61,596 nt of DNA from Chloroflexota bacterium (GTDB lineage Bacteria > Chloroflexota > Dehalococcoidia > Lucifugimonadales > UBA3495): positions 1 to 61,596 of the forward strand of contig JAQBXL010000003.1 in the NCBI GenBank assembly GCA_027624135.1. Reading direction: 5' to 3'. Made by a program: the position numbers and the translations under genes. Under the pieces are notes generated by a model. The model was not told the DNA's origin. It searched no databases and saw only the letters and a program-made list of their open reading frames with translations. Shown piece by piece: positions 10,175 to 20,203 of this stretch; position 1 is the stretch's first letter; every line of letters begins with the position of its first letter.

Positions 10175-11554
10175 ATGAGCTCATCTGAATCACTGTTCGA
10201 GCATGGCAGGAAGGTCCAGGCGGAGAAGGACGCCCCGCTTGCGGAACGGATGCGGCCCCGGACCTTTGACGAGTTCGTGGGGCAAGACCAGATCGTTGAT
10301 CCTAGCCGTGTTCTGCTGAAATCCCTCGCCGCCGGGCGGATGCCGTCCGTCATCCTGTGGGGACCGCCAGGCACAGGAAAGACCACCTTGGCTCGGTTGA
10401 TCGCCACAGCCACCCAGGCCGATTTTCAACCGGTCAGCGCCGTCACTTCTGGGGTGGCCGACCTGCGGCGCATCGTATCCGAGGCCCGCGACCGCAAGGG
10501 CATGCACCAACAGGCAACGATCCTGTTCGTGGACGAGATTCACCGGTTCAACAAAGCCCAACAGGATGTCATACTGCCTCATGTTGAGGACGGCACCGTC
10601 ACATTCATCGGCGCGACCACTGAGAACCCGTCCTTTGAGGTCATCGCACCACTGCTGTCCCGCTGCCGGGTGTTCACGCTTCAGAGTCTGGCCCCGGAAC
10701 AGATGGAAGCCATCGTAAACCGGGCCTTGTCTGACCAGATGAGGGGACTGGGTCCGTTGCACGTCACGTTGGCCGATGACGCCATGGACCATCTTGTGAA
10801 CATCGCCAACGGAGACGCCCGCATCGCCCTGAACGCGCTGGAGACCGCGGCCTACGCCTGCACGCCCGACGCCGAGGGGAACCGGCTCATCGATATTGAT
10901 ACGATCGCAGACGCCCTGCAACGGCGCTCTCCGATGTACGACAAAGCGGGAGAGAGCCATTACGACACAATATCGGCTTTCATCAAATCGGTGAGAGGCT
11001 CGTCGCCCGATGGGGCGCTCTATTGGTTGGCCCGGATGATCGAATCTGGAGAGGACCCGCTATTCATCGCCCGGCGACTGGTGATCTTAGCCTCCGAAGA
11101 CATCGGGTTGGCCGAGCCCCAGGCGCTGTCGGTGGCGATGGCGGCCCAACAGGCGGTCCATTTCTTGGGCATGCCCGAGGGGCGCATTCCCCTGGCCGAG
11201 GCGACCGTCTACCTGGCGACCGCGCCTAAAAGCAACTCGGCCTACGCAGCATTGAACCAGGCCATGCGGGATGTTCGAGAGCAGGCCAACGAGCCGGTGC
11301 CGATCCATCTTCGGAACGCCGTCACTGGAATGATGAAGGACATGGGATACGGCAAGGACTACAAGTATTCCCACGACTATGGCGGCCATTTCGAAGAGCA
11401 AGAGTATCTTCCGCCGTCTCTAAAAGGCAGGCGCTATTATCAGCCCAGCGAAGAGGGGGCCGAACAAGAGATCGGTCAACGGCTCAATCGCTGGTGGAGT
11501 GCTAGTCACGAACGGGGCAGTGGAAGTCAGACGTCGGAAGGGAAGAACCCCTAG
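10175..11554 (+). CDS. rarA: replication-associated recombination protein A (MgsA/RarA AAA+ ATPase)
   Basis: PLAERMRP, WGPPGTGKTT, DEIHRFNKAQQD, ATTENPSFE, ASEDIGLA, APKSNS. Confidence 0.96.
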   Translation: MSSSESLFEHGRKVQAEKDAPLAERMRPRTFDEFVGQDQIVDPSRVLLKSLAAGRMPSVILWGPPGTGKTTLARLIATATQADFQPVSAVTSGVADLRRIVSEARDRKGMHQQATILFVDEIHRFNKAQQDVILPHVEDGTVTFIGATTENPSFEVIAPLLSRCRVFTLQSLAPEQMEAIVNRALSDQMRGLGPLHVTLADDAMDHLVNIANGDARIALNALETAAYACTPDAEGNRLIDIDTIADALQRRSPMYDKAGESHYDTISAFIKSVRGSSPDGALYWLARMIESGEDPLFIARRLVILASEDIGLAEPQALSVAMAAQQAVHFLGMPEGRIPLAEATVYLATAPKSNSAYAALNQAMRDVREQANEPVPIHLRNAVTGMMKDMGYGKDYKYSHDYGGHFEEQEYLPPSLKGRRYYQPSEEGAEQEIGQRLNRWWSASHERGSGSQTSEGKNP

Positions 11555-12429
11555 GCCGAGGTGAAGATCTGAATTTCCCTCTCGACATGGTAGGCGTCGG
11601 AGGTCTCTTCAGTATCAACCACCGCCTTGAGTCGCCAGGAGACCGTGGTGTGACCGCTCTTCACCGTAGGCAGCGTCTGCTCCGGGACTGGTAGGCTGAA
11701 GGCCCACACATAAGGCTCTTCGGTGGGCGAAAGCTTCAGGTTGCTCACCAGAGAGACCTTCTCCCGAATCGACGCCGCGTTCCGTTCTCCTGCAGATTCG
11801 GCGCTATGTAACTCCACCCGAACGTCACGAACATGCTTGGAGTTTTTCATGCCGGCCCGCAACTCACCTTCCAGGTATCCGCCTGCTCCGGCTGCGTCGT
11901 TGACCAAGACCAGGGCTAGGGTACAGTCAGTGAACCTGGCCTCTTCTGTTAAAGCCGCGACGCTGCGTCCCGTTTTGACGACTGGAGAGGTTAGCACCGT
12001 GACTTCCCGAGATGCGGTGATGGCGCCCGCGTTCTCAATCTCCAACCGGGCGGAGAGTTGCCATGCCACTTGGGCGACCGAGCCATGGATAGTCGGCAGA
12101 CAATCTTTGGGAATCTGAATCCTGGCGTATCTGACAACCGGGGTCGTGTTGGTGAATTCAGTATCCGAGATGAACGATTGGACCAACGGCTGGGGTAAAA
12201 CGGGCTGAATCTCGAGCTTCCCATCTCCGCTGGCTGCCGGGGTTTCCTTGCTCCACCACTGTTCGGTGCAGGCTATCTCCACCTGGCCGGTCTTGATATG
12301 GAGACCTATTGTCGGCCGTATCGTGATTTGAACATCTATTGTGCCGCCGGGTTGCATTGACCCGCCGGTTGTTTCGATTTCGATCTCCGCCGTAGGGCGG
12401 CGAAACCAAGAAAGAATGCGATCTAGAAC
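11551..12429 (-). CDS. hypothetical protein with two arrestin/Spo0M-like beta-sandwich repeats
   Basis: internal duplication (IPKDCLPT..VAWQLSARLE / VPEQTLPT..VSWRLKAVVD); ORF-track start 12357, frame open to a GTT at 12429 after GGAGGT. Confidence 0.6.
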   Translation of the reverse strand, partial: VLDRILSWFRRPTAEIEIETTGGSMQPGGTIDVQITIRPTIGLHIKTGQVEIACTEQWWSKETPAASGDGKLEIQPVLPQPLVQSFISDTEFTNTTPVVRYARIQIPKDCLPTIHGSVAQVAWQLSARLEIENAGAITASREVTVLTSPVVKTGRSVAALTEEARFTDCTLALVLVNDAAGAGGYLEGELRAGMKNSKHVRDVRVELHSAESAGERNAASIREKVSLVSNLKLSPTEEPYVWAFSLPVPEQTLPTVKSGHTTVSWRLKAVVDTEETSDAYHVEREIQIFTSA

Positions 12430-12651
12430 CTGAGCACCTCCACGCGTGATTTTGATGCGTCAGCCGCCTGTTCCAATCCTGGCGGCGCAACTGAGAGCAT
12501 GTTAATTGCGAATCGCGGCATAGGCAACCCACCTGTTATTTATTCTGATCGTTTTCGGCCAAATTATCGAGCCATTTGCCTTGATCGACCGAATCCCAAA
12601 GCAGGTGCCACTGCCGGTTCGGCGCTGGATCGTGCTTAGTTAAAATCGCCC

Positions 12652-12783
12652 CTAGTCAAAAACGTGGTCTCGGAGGAAAGCGTAGACGACATGGCCCACG
12701 GCAATCGCAAGCGCGGCGCATGCAATGTACAGCGTCCGCATCTGGCGGCGGCGGCTCTGCTCGTTCGGAGGCAGGTCCGCCAT
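12652..12783 (-). CDS. small single-pass membrane protein (43 aa), absent from the ORF track
   Basis: MADLPPNEQSRRRQMRTLYIACAALAIAVGHVVYAFLRDHVFD*; ATG immediately follows the upstream TAG. Confidence 0.65.
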   Translation of the reverse strand: MADLPPNEQSRRRQMRTLYIACAALAIAVGHVVYAFLRDHVFD

Positions 12784-13374
12784 CTACAGCGCTCCAAGGG
12801 CGGCGATAATGTCGTCGGCGCCGACCACTTCCGCCTGGCGGGGAAAGATGCGTTGGGTCAAGAAATCGTGGACATTGGCGTCTGAGTCTGAGCAACAGTC
12901 CTCCACCACGTACAGGCTGTAATCAAGGTCGGCCGCGTACCGAACGGTGGACAAGACGACTCCGCTGGTCGCGTAACCAAGAATGACCAAGTCGTGGATG
13001 TCGTTGGCCCGCAGCGCCAGATCCAACCCGGTGCCGTAGAGTGCGTTGACACGGTGTTTGCCCACGACGACCTCCCCTTCCTGGGGCTGAACTGCGGGGT
13101 GGATGATATCCATGGGGTCAGGGACGGCGGTCTGGCCAGAGGCCTTGCGGTGGCTGAAGGTCTTGTTCCGTTGGCCAATCTCAGGGTAGCCCGGCCGGAA
13201 CACGGTCGCGCAGTAGCACACCATCGCCCCGGCCTGCCGGGCAGCGGCCTGTACCCTGGCCGCTTTCTCCACCACGCCGCGTTGGGTAGCGTGGGGCAGA
13301 GTATTCATAATCTCCGCGTAGAAATCGGCGATCAGCACCGCTGTGTGACCGTTGGTGAGAGTGACGTTAGGCAT
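12784..13374 (-). CDS. isochorismatase-family cysteine hydrolase
   Basis: TAVLIADF, KHRVNALYGT, GYATSGVVLSTVR, VVEDCC. Confidence 0.9.
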   Translation of the reverse strand: MPNVTLTNGHTAVLIADFYAEIMNTLPHATQRGVVEKAARVQAAARQAGAMVCYCATVFRPGYPEIGQRNKTFSHRKASGQTAVPDPMDIIHPAVQPQEGEVVVGKHRVNALYGTGLDLALRANDIHDLVILGYATSGVVLSTVRYAADLDYSLYVVEDCCSDSDANVHDFLTQRIFPRQAEVVGADDIIAALGAL

Positions 13375-13390
13375 GGATCAACCCTACGAA

Positions 13391-14446
13391 TTAAGCTCGG
13401 GACTTAAGTTCCCTTACGACCTTGGAGGTGCGGGACAATGCTTCTTCGACATCCTCGCCGGTGATGTGCCGGTGGGTCACCATGCGGACTAATTGTTCAC
13501 CGGGGTAGGTGATCAATACCTCAGCATCAGCCATCGCCCTGATGAAATCCGGGGCTTTGGCCACCGTCTCATCAACGTCGAAGATGACGATGTTGGTCTG
13601 GATGCTGTCTGCGTCGACGGTAATGCCCTCGATGTTGGCCAGTCCTTGGGCCAAGCGGCGGGCGTTCTGATGGTCTTCGGCCAGGCGGTCCACCATGGTA
13701 TCCAGTGCCACGAGTCCGGCGGCGGCTAGAATCCCTGCCTGCCGAGTTCCACCTCCCACCATCTTGCGCCACCTTTTTGCTTCCTGTATGAAGTCTTTGC
13801 TGCCGACCAGCACCGAACCCACGGGGCAGCTAAGGGCCTTCGAGAGGCAGAAACTGGCGTCATCAACGTCGCGAGTCAGTTCCACGACCGGCACTTCCAG
13901 GGCAACAGCGGCGTTGAATATACGCGCGCCGTCCAAGTGCACCGCAACGCCCGCATCGTGGGCCACGTCACAGACGGCTTTGGTTTCGGCGGGGGTCATG
14001 ACCATGCCACTGCACCGGTTTTGGGTGTTCTCCAGGCAAACCATTTTCGTCGCGGCAACGTGCGGGTTTCCGGCTGGCCGGATGTTGCGGGCCACGTCCT
14101 CGTGGTCTATTCCACCACTGGCGCTCTGGGGAATCAGTCTGGTTTGGACGCCGGCCAGGGCAGCCTGTCCTCCGCCTTCGTTCCAAAACATATGGGCCTG
14201 GTCGCCCATGACGATCTCGTCGCCGTGATTGCAATAGCTCAGGGTGGCCAAGAGGTTGCTCATCGTGCCGCTGGAGGTCAAGAGCCCGGCTTCATGGCCC
14301 AACATGGCCGCGGACCGCTCTTGTAGTTCGTTGACGGACGGGTCCTCTCCGTAAACATCGTCGCCCACTTCAGCCTCGGCCATGGCCCGGCGCATCTCGT
14401 CGGTGGGTTTGGTTACCGTATCGCTACGCAGATCGATCAATGCCAT
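13391..14446 (-). CDS. ltaE: low-specificity L-threonine aldolase
   Basis: IDLRSDTVTKPT, VGDDVYGEDP, SGTMSN, HLDGARIFNA, CLSK, RMVTH. Confidence 0.95.
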   Translation of the reverse strand: MALIDLRSDTVTKPTDEMRRAMAEAEVGDDVYGEDPSVNELQERSAAMLGHEAGLLTSSGTMSNLLATLSYCNHGDEIVMGDQAHMFWNEGGGQAALAGVQTRLIPQSASGGIDHEDVARNIRPAGNPHVAATKMVCLENTQNRCSGMVMTPAETKAVCDVAHDAGVAVHLDGARIFNAAVALEVPVVELTRDVDDASFCLSKALSCPVGSVLVGSKDFIQEAKRWRKMVGGGTRQAGILAAAGLVALDTMVDRLAEDHQNARRLAQGLANIEGITVDADSIQTNIVIFDVDETVAKAPDFIRAMADAEVLITYPGEQLVRMVTHRHITGEDVEEALSRTSKVVRELKSRA

Positions 14447-14608
14447 CTGACGAATCCTTCGATAGTTACATGGAAAAACTGTCCGGTATTCTAGCAGGAT
14501 TGCGCCTGCAACACTAACGAATAACCAGCCTGGAGTTGCGCTGGCCGTTTCTTGCCAAAGAGCAGGCGTTTACCTAAGATGGGAGTACCTGACTTAGGAG
14601 TATCTGCC

Positions 14609-15247
14609 GTGCGACAAAGCGCTGTTTCATTCCAGACCGAAGGCCTGACATTCGAAGGCGTGGTGGCCCAACCGGACGACAGTTCTGGCCCGTGGCCCGG
14701 AGTGGTCATCTGCCATCCTCACCCGCTTCATGGCGGCAACATAGACAACAACGTGGTGCTGGCGCTTGCGCTGGGCCTGGCCGAGGAAGGGTTCGTGACC
14801 CTGCGGTTCAACTTCCGGGGTGTGGGCGGCAGCGAGGGAGAGCACACCAAGGGCGAACAGGAGCATCAGGAAGTGCTGGGCGCGTTGGACTTGATCAAGG
14901 CTTGGCCTGACACCAACCAGAAGACCGGCCTGACCGGATACTCATTCGGAACCTCGGTGATCCTGGGTCACAGCGAACTGTACGGCGAGGCCGACGCCAT
15001 AGTCCTCGTGTCCCCGTCCTTCCGAGCTATTGAAGGAACGCCCCTCAAAGAGTCGGAAGTCCCGGTATTGATCACCACCGGAGACCGCGACAAGCTGGTG
15101 GACTCGACTCAACTGGATGCGGAGTTGTCCAGTTTCAGCCAGCGCCCTCGGTTTGAGCTATTCGAAGGCGTGGACCATTTCTGGTACGGACAAGAAGCCC
15201 GCCTGGTGCCGGAAGTTGGCCGGTTCTTAGCTGAGCAATTGAAGTGA
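14609..15247 (+). CDS. alpha/beta hydrolase
   Basis: CHPHPLHGG, RFNFRGVGGSEG, GYSFG nucleophile, GDRD, DHF; GTG after AGGAG. Confidence 0.9.
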   Translation: MRQSAVSFQTEGLTFEGVVAQPDDSSGPWPGVVICHPHPLHGGNIDNNVVLALALGLAEEGFVTLRFNFRGVGGSEGEHTKGEQEHQEVLGALDLIKAWPDTNQKTGLTGYSFGTSVILGHSELYGEADAIVLVSPSFRAIEGTPLKESEVPVLITTGDRDKLVDSTQLDAELSSFSQRPRFELFEGVDHFWYGQEARLVPEVGRFLAEQLK

Positions 15248-15325
15248 TCCCAGCGCGAGCATTCGTCAACCCTGCGCGAGCATTCTTCATCAAAGCAGCG
15301 CCGAAACAGAAACTGAGCACCTAAC

Positions 15326-15970
15326 GTGAGCGCCGACACCCCCCGGACTCCCATCTACAAGGACTTTGCCCTGATCCAACTGGCGATCATCGTTCTTGTC
15401 GTAGACCAGTTCAGCAAATTGATAGTTCGTGACCAGTTGCTGTATCGCGAGTCTTTCCCCGACACTGGTTTCTTCCGCTTCACCCATACCTTCAACACCG
15501 GCAGCGCCTTCGGCATCTTTCAAGACCAGAATACCCCTCTGATCTTCGTCTCCGTCATCGGAATCGGCATCCTGATCATGATCTACCGCAGCCAGCGGGT
15601 GCCCACCAACCTGTTGCGCCTCAGCCTTGGGTTGCAGGTTGGTGGCGCCACGGGCAATCTCCTAGACCGGTTGTTCCTGGACCACGTGACCGACTTCATA
15701 GATGTTGGAACCTGGCCGATCTTCAACGTAGCTGACGCTTCAATAATCACCGGTCTGTTCATTCTGGCGTACATCTTCTTGATTGCCGAGTCGAACGAAA
15801 AGCAGGACGCAGGCCCGACCAGCGGCTACGGCTGGTGTCCCGTATGCGAAGGCGAGATGCGCACTGTTGTGGGCGGCTGGCGCTGCTCGACCTGCGGAGT
15901 GAAGGAACGCGTCCTAGAAGTAAGCACGGAAGCAAGCACGCAAGTAACCACGGGGGACCCGGCGCTTTGA
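15326..15970 (+). CDS. lspA: lipoprotein signal peptidase II with C-terminal Cys4 extension
   Basis: DQFSK, NTGSAFG, GGATGNLLDR, VTDFI, FNVADA; tail CPVC...CSTC. Confidence 0.93.
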   Translation: MSADTPRTPIYKDFALIQLAIIVLVVDQFSKLIVRDQLLYRESFPDTGFFRFTHTFNTGSAFGIFQDQNTPLIFVSVIGIGILIMIYRSQRVPTNLLRLSLGLQVGGATGNLLDRLFLDHVTDFIDVGTWPIFNVADASIITGLFILAYIFLIAESNEKQDAGPTSGYGWCPVCEGEMRTVVGGWRCSTCGVKERVLEVSTEASTQVTTGDPAL

Positions 15971-16887
15971 CAACAGAGACATCGGTCCACGAATTCATCG
16001 TATCCAGGGTAGTGAAGGGCGAGTCTCGCCTGGACCAATATCTGGCCGGACAAGACACGGGACTAACGCGCAGCAGACTTCAGCGGTTGATCGTAGAAGG
16101 ACAGGTGCTAGTCAATGACGGCCCAGCCAAACCGTCCTCCAAAGTTAGGGAAGGCGACCGTGTCACGTTATCCGTTCCGCCGCCGAGGCCCAGTGGACTG
16201 GTTGCCCAGGACATACCCGTCACAGTCGTTTACCAAGACCGGGATCTGGTGGTCATCGACAAGCCTGGCGGCCTGACCGTGCACCCGGGACCGGGGCATC
16301 CCGATAACACCCTGGTCAACGCGCTGCTCGCCATGTGTCCCGACATCCAGGGCATCGGCGGCGAGATCAGGCCGGGCATCGTTCATCGCCTGGACAAGGA
16401 CACCTCGGGGCTGATGATGGTGGCTAAGACCCACGATGCTCATAACAATCTATCCGCCCAGATCAAGGCGCGGCAGGTCACAAAGGGCTATCTGGCTTTG
16501 GTCGAAGGAACGCCAGCGCCTTCCCAGGGAAAAGTGGATGCTCCAGTGGGACGCCATCCCCGGCGGCGCACCCGCATGGCGGTGGTGGTGGGCGGCAAAG
16601 AAGCCCGCACCGGCTATCGGCTGCGGGAGGGCTTCCCAGGCTATAGCTTGATGGAGCTGTATCTTGAAACTGGCCGCACCCATCAGATCAGAGTGCACAT
16701 GGCCCACATCGGCCACTCGCTGGTTGGAGATACTCTCTACGGTCACAAAAGCCCCCTGGTCAACCGGCATTTTCTCCACGCCTTTCACCTGGCGTTCCAG
16801 CACCCGGTCAGCGATGAACCCCTCGAGTTCCGGACCGAACTGCCCGATGATCTCACCCCGGCGATAGACACGCTTCGGGGCGGCTAG
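15967..16887 (+). CDS. rluD: RluA-family 23S rRNA pseudouridine synthase (RluD-like)
   Basis: S4 domain RLDQYL, KPGGLTVHP, HRLDKDTSG, TGRTHQIRVH, LHA; TTG overlaps the lspA stop. Confidence 0.9.
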   Translation: MTTETSVHEFIVSRVVKGESRLDQYLAGQDTGLTRSRLQRLIVEGQVLVNDGPAKPSSKVREGDRVTLSVPPPRPSGLVAQDIPVTVVYQDRDLVVIDKPGGLTVHPGPGHPDNTLVNALLAMCPDIQGIGGEIRPGIVHRLDKDTSGLMMVAKTHDAHNNLSAQIKARQVTKGYLALVEGTPAPSQGKVDAPVGRHPRRRTRMAVVVGGKEARTGYRLREGFPGYSLMELYLETGRTHQIRVHMAHIGHSLVGDTLYGHKSPLVNRHFLHAFHLAFQHPVSDEPLEFRTELPDDLTPAIDTLRGG

Positions 16888-16992
16888 CCACACTCCGGAA
16901 CCTACTTTTAGCTCCGTCATGCCAGGCACGAGGCTGGGCGTGGGGCATGCTACAATATTTACTGCTCTTATATATTCACGTGGAGAATCATC

Positions 16993-18453
16993 TTGCCCGG
17001 AGAAGTCCGCGTTCGGTTCGCCCCCAGTCCCACCGGACTGCCCCACATCGGCAACATCCGAACGGCCCTGTTCAACTGGCTTTTTGCCCGCCACCACGGC
17101 GGGAAATTCATCGTCAGAGTTGAAGATACCGACCAGGTGCGTCTGGTTCCGGGGTCGATCGAGGCCATGCTGGAAGGTCTGCGTTGGCTGAACATCGATT
17201 GGAATGAGGGCCCCGAAGTGGGCGGCCCTTATGGGCCGTATTTCCAGTCGGAGCGGCTCGATGTCTACCAGAATCTGGCTGACCGGCTGGTATCCCAGGG
17301 CAACGCCTACCATTGTTATTGCGTCCAGGAACGCCCGGACCAAGCGACTCGGGACCGCCGAGCTTCGGCCAGCGCCGACTGCAAATGCCGTCACTTGACC
17401 CAGGAACAGATCAGCAAGCTAAAGGCCGGTCAGGACTCGAAAGTCATCCGGTTCGCCATGCCCGAAGAGGGAGTAACCAAAGTCAACGACCTGATAAGGG
17501 GCGAGGTCGAGTGGCGCAATGAGACGTTGAACGACTTCATAATCATGAAGTCAGACGGATTCCCCACCTACCATCTGGCCGTGGTCGCCGACGACAACCT
17601 GATGGAGATCAGCCACGTGATGCGGGCCGAGGAATGGTTGCCCAGCACACCACGGCACCTTCAGATCATCGAGGCGCTGGGGTACGAGCCGCCGAAGTTT
17701 GCCCACCTACCGATGATCATGGGACCCGACCGGGCCAAGCTCTCGAAACGCCACGGGGCCACCGCCATTGGCGAGTATCAGGATGAAGGTTACTTGCCCG
17801 AAGCCATGTGCAACTTCATGGTGCTGCTCGGCTGGTCATTGGACGACAAGACGGAAATCATGTCCATTCAGACGATCATCGACAACTTCACTTTGGACCG
17901 TGTCACGAAATCGGCCGCCATCTTCGATCAGGAAAAACTGCTCTGGATGAACGGCATGTATATCCGAGAGATGACCCCGGACCAGTTGGCCGGTCGGATG
18001 ATGCCATTCTTGGAGCGGGACTTGCCCAAGGACCTGCTCCCTGTAGACGAGGAATATCTGCGCCGAATAGCGCCGCTGCTCCAAGAGCGAATCAAGCGGC
18101 TCGATGAGGTTGCCAAACAGATTGACTACTTCTTCCGGGCCGACGAAGAGTTCGATACCGAGACCCTGGTGCAGAAGGGCATGGACCGGGACACGACCCT
18201 GTCAGCCCTCAAGGCCGCCTTGGAAGACTTGAATGCCACCGATGATTTTCACCATGAAAAACTCGAAGAGATGCTGAACGTCACCGGGGAACGGTTGTCT
18301 TTGTCCCGCCGCCAATTCTTCGGCGTGCTGCGGGTTGCCGCCACCGGCCGGGCCGTGTCTCCTCCATTGTTCGAGATGATGGAGGTCATAGGTAAAGACC
18401 GTACCGTCAGCCGGTTTAAGAACGCAGTCGAAAGGTTCAGCGCCGCCGGCTGA
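16993..18453 (+). CDS. gltX: glutamate--tRNA ligase
   Basis: RFAPSPTG, HIGN, RVEDTD, DGFPTYH, KLSKRHG. Confidence 0.97.
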   Translation: MPGEVRVRFAPSPTGLPHIGNIRTALFNWLFARHHGGKFIVRVEDTDQVRLVPGSIEAMLEGLRWLNIDWNEGPEVGGPYGPYFQSERLDVYQNLADRLVSQGNAYHCYCVQERPDQATRDRRASASADCKCRHLTQEQISKLKAGQDSKVIRFAMPEEGVTKVNDLIRGEVEWRNETLNDFIIMKSDGFPTYHLAVVADDNLMEISHVMRAEEWLPSTPRHLQIIEALGYEPPKFAHLPMIMGPDRAKLSKRHGATAIGEYQDEGYLPEAMCNFMVLLGWSLDDKTEIMSIQTIIDNFTLDRVTKSAAIFDQEKLLWMNGMYIREMTPDQLAGRMMPFLERDLPKDLLPVDEEYLRRIAPLLQERIKRLDEVAKQIDYFFRADEEFDTETLVQKGMDRDTTLSALKAALEDLNATDDFHHEKLEEMLNVTGERLSLSRRQFFGVLRVAATGRAVSPPLFEMMEVIGKDRTVSRFKNAVERFSAAG

Positions 18454-18498
18454 ACGGCCCACTGCCTAATCAAGGCATCGAAACAGGATGAAACTAGA

Positions 18499-20184
18499 AT
18501 GACGCAGGCTGAAACCTCGACTGACTTCATACGAAGCATAGTCGCCGATGACAACAGGTCCGGGAAATTCGGAGGCCGGGTGGTCACCCGCTTTCCTCCG
18601 GAGCCCAACGGCTACCTGCATATTGGGCATGCCAAGTCGATATGCCTGAATTTCGGCTTGGCCGCTGAACACGGCGGCGTCTGCAATCTGCGATTCGACG
18701 ATACAAACCCCACCAAAGAAGAGGTGGAGTATGTCGATTCCATCATGGAAGACGTCCGCTGGCTGGGCTGGGACTGGGGAGAGAACCTCTTCTATGCTTC
18801 GGACTATTTCGGCCAGCTATACGAATACGCCATCAAGCTGATCGAGAAGGGCAAAGCGTACGTCTGTGACCTGACCGCCGACGAGATCAGGGAATCCCGG
18901 GGAACTCTGACTGAGCCGGGCAAGGAAAGCCCATACCGCAACCGGTCCATCGAAGAGAACCTTGACCTTTTCCGGCGCATGCGGAAGGGAGAGTTCGAAG
19001 AGGGCGCCCATACGCTACGGGCCAAGATACATATGGCTTCGCCCAATATGAACCTCCGCGACCCGGTGCTCTACCGCATCCTGAAAGAATCCCACCACCG
19101 CACGGGAGATGAATGGCCGATCTACCCGATGTACGACTTCGCCCACGGACAGTCGGACTCCATCGAGGGCGTCACCCATTCGATATGCACCCTGGAATTT
19201 GAGGTCCACCGTCCTCTATACGATTGGTTCTTGAATGAACTAGATATCTATCACTCCCAGCAGATCGAATTTGCCCGGCTCAATATCACGCACACGGTAC
19301 TCAGCAAACGCCGGTTGATCGAACTGGTCAACGGGGGATACGTGAACGGCTGGGATGACCCGCGCCTGCCCACAATTTCGGGACTGCGCCGCCGCGGCTA
19401 CACCCCGGAGGCTATCCGTGAATTCTGCGACCGCATCGGCGTGGCCCGGCGGGACAACACCGTGGACATGGCGTTGCTGGAGCATACGCTCAGGGAAGAC
19501 CTGAACAAACGGGCGGCCAGGGTGATGGGCGTGCTTGACCCGCTGAAGGTGGTGATCGAGAACTACCCAGAAGGCCAGACTGAAGAGATAACCTCGGTGA
19601 ACAACCCCGAAGACATGAGCATGGGAGAAAGAAGGATCCCGTTCTCTAGAACCGTATATATCGAGAAAGACGACTTCCGGGAAGTGCCTCCGCCCAAGTT
19701 CTACCGACTCTCACCAGGCAGAGAGGTGCGTCTCAAAGACGCCTACTACATCACCTGTACCGATGTGGTGAAAGACGAGGCCACCGGAGAGATCATAGAG
19801 TTACGCTGCACCTACGACCCCGAAACCCACGGAGGCACGTCTTCGGACGGACGCAAGGTTCGGGGGACCTCCCATTGGGTGTCGGCAGAGCACGCTGTGG
19901 AAGCCGAAGTCCGTATCTACGACCACCTGTTCTCGAAAGAAGACCCCCATGACGTGCCAGACGGTGGGGATTTCAAGGACAACCTGAACCCGGAATCATT
20001 GGTGGTATTGAAGTCTTGCAAGCTGGAGCAGAGTCTGGCAAACGCCAAGCCCGGCGAGCGGTTCCAGTTCTTGCGGACTGGATATTTCTGCGTTGACCCC
20101 GACTCCACACCCGACGCTCCGGTTTTCAACCGGACAGTGGCGCTCAGGGACACCTGGGCTCGCATGGACCAGATCCGCAAGTAG
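18499..20184 (+). CDS. glnS: glutamine--tRNA ligase
   Basis: [55 protein letters not shown]. Confidence 0.97.
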   Translation: MTQAETSTDFIRSIVADDNRSGKFGGRVVTRFPPEPNGYLHIGHAKSICLNFGLAAEHGGVCNLRFDDTNPTKEEVEYVDSIMEDVRWLGWDWGENLFYASDYFGQLYEYAIKLIEKGKAYVCDLTADEIRESRGTLTEPGKESPYRNRSIEENLDLFRRMRKGEFEEGAHTLRAKIHMASPNMNLRDPVLYRILKESHHRTGDEWPIYPMYDFAHGQSDSIEGVTHSICTLEFEVHRPLYDWFLNELDIYHSQQIEFARLNITHTVLSKRRLIELVNGGYVNGWDDPRLPTISGLRRRGYTPEAIREFCDRIGVARRDNTVDMALLEHTLREDLNKRAARVMGVLDPLKVVIENYPEGQTEEITSVNNPEDMSMGERRIPFSRTVYIEKDDFREVPPPKFYRLSPGREVRLKDAYYITCTDVVKDEATGEIIELRCTYDPETHGGTSSDGRKVRGTSHWVSAEHAVEAEVRIYDHLFSKEDPHDVPDGGDFKDNLNPESLVVLKSCKLEQSLANAKPGERFQFLRTGYFCVDPDSTPDAPVFNRTVALRDTWARMDQIRK

Positions 20185-20203
20185 GGCTAGCCTGCCGCAG
20201 CCT

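Noticed and set aside
16993-20184. gltX-glnS adjacency as a novelty
   Set aside because: Both look canonical, and direct Gln-tRNA charging is ordinary.
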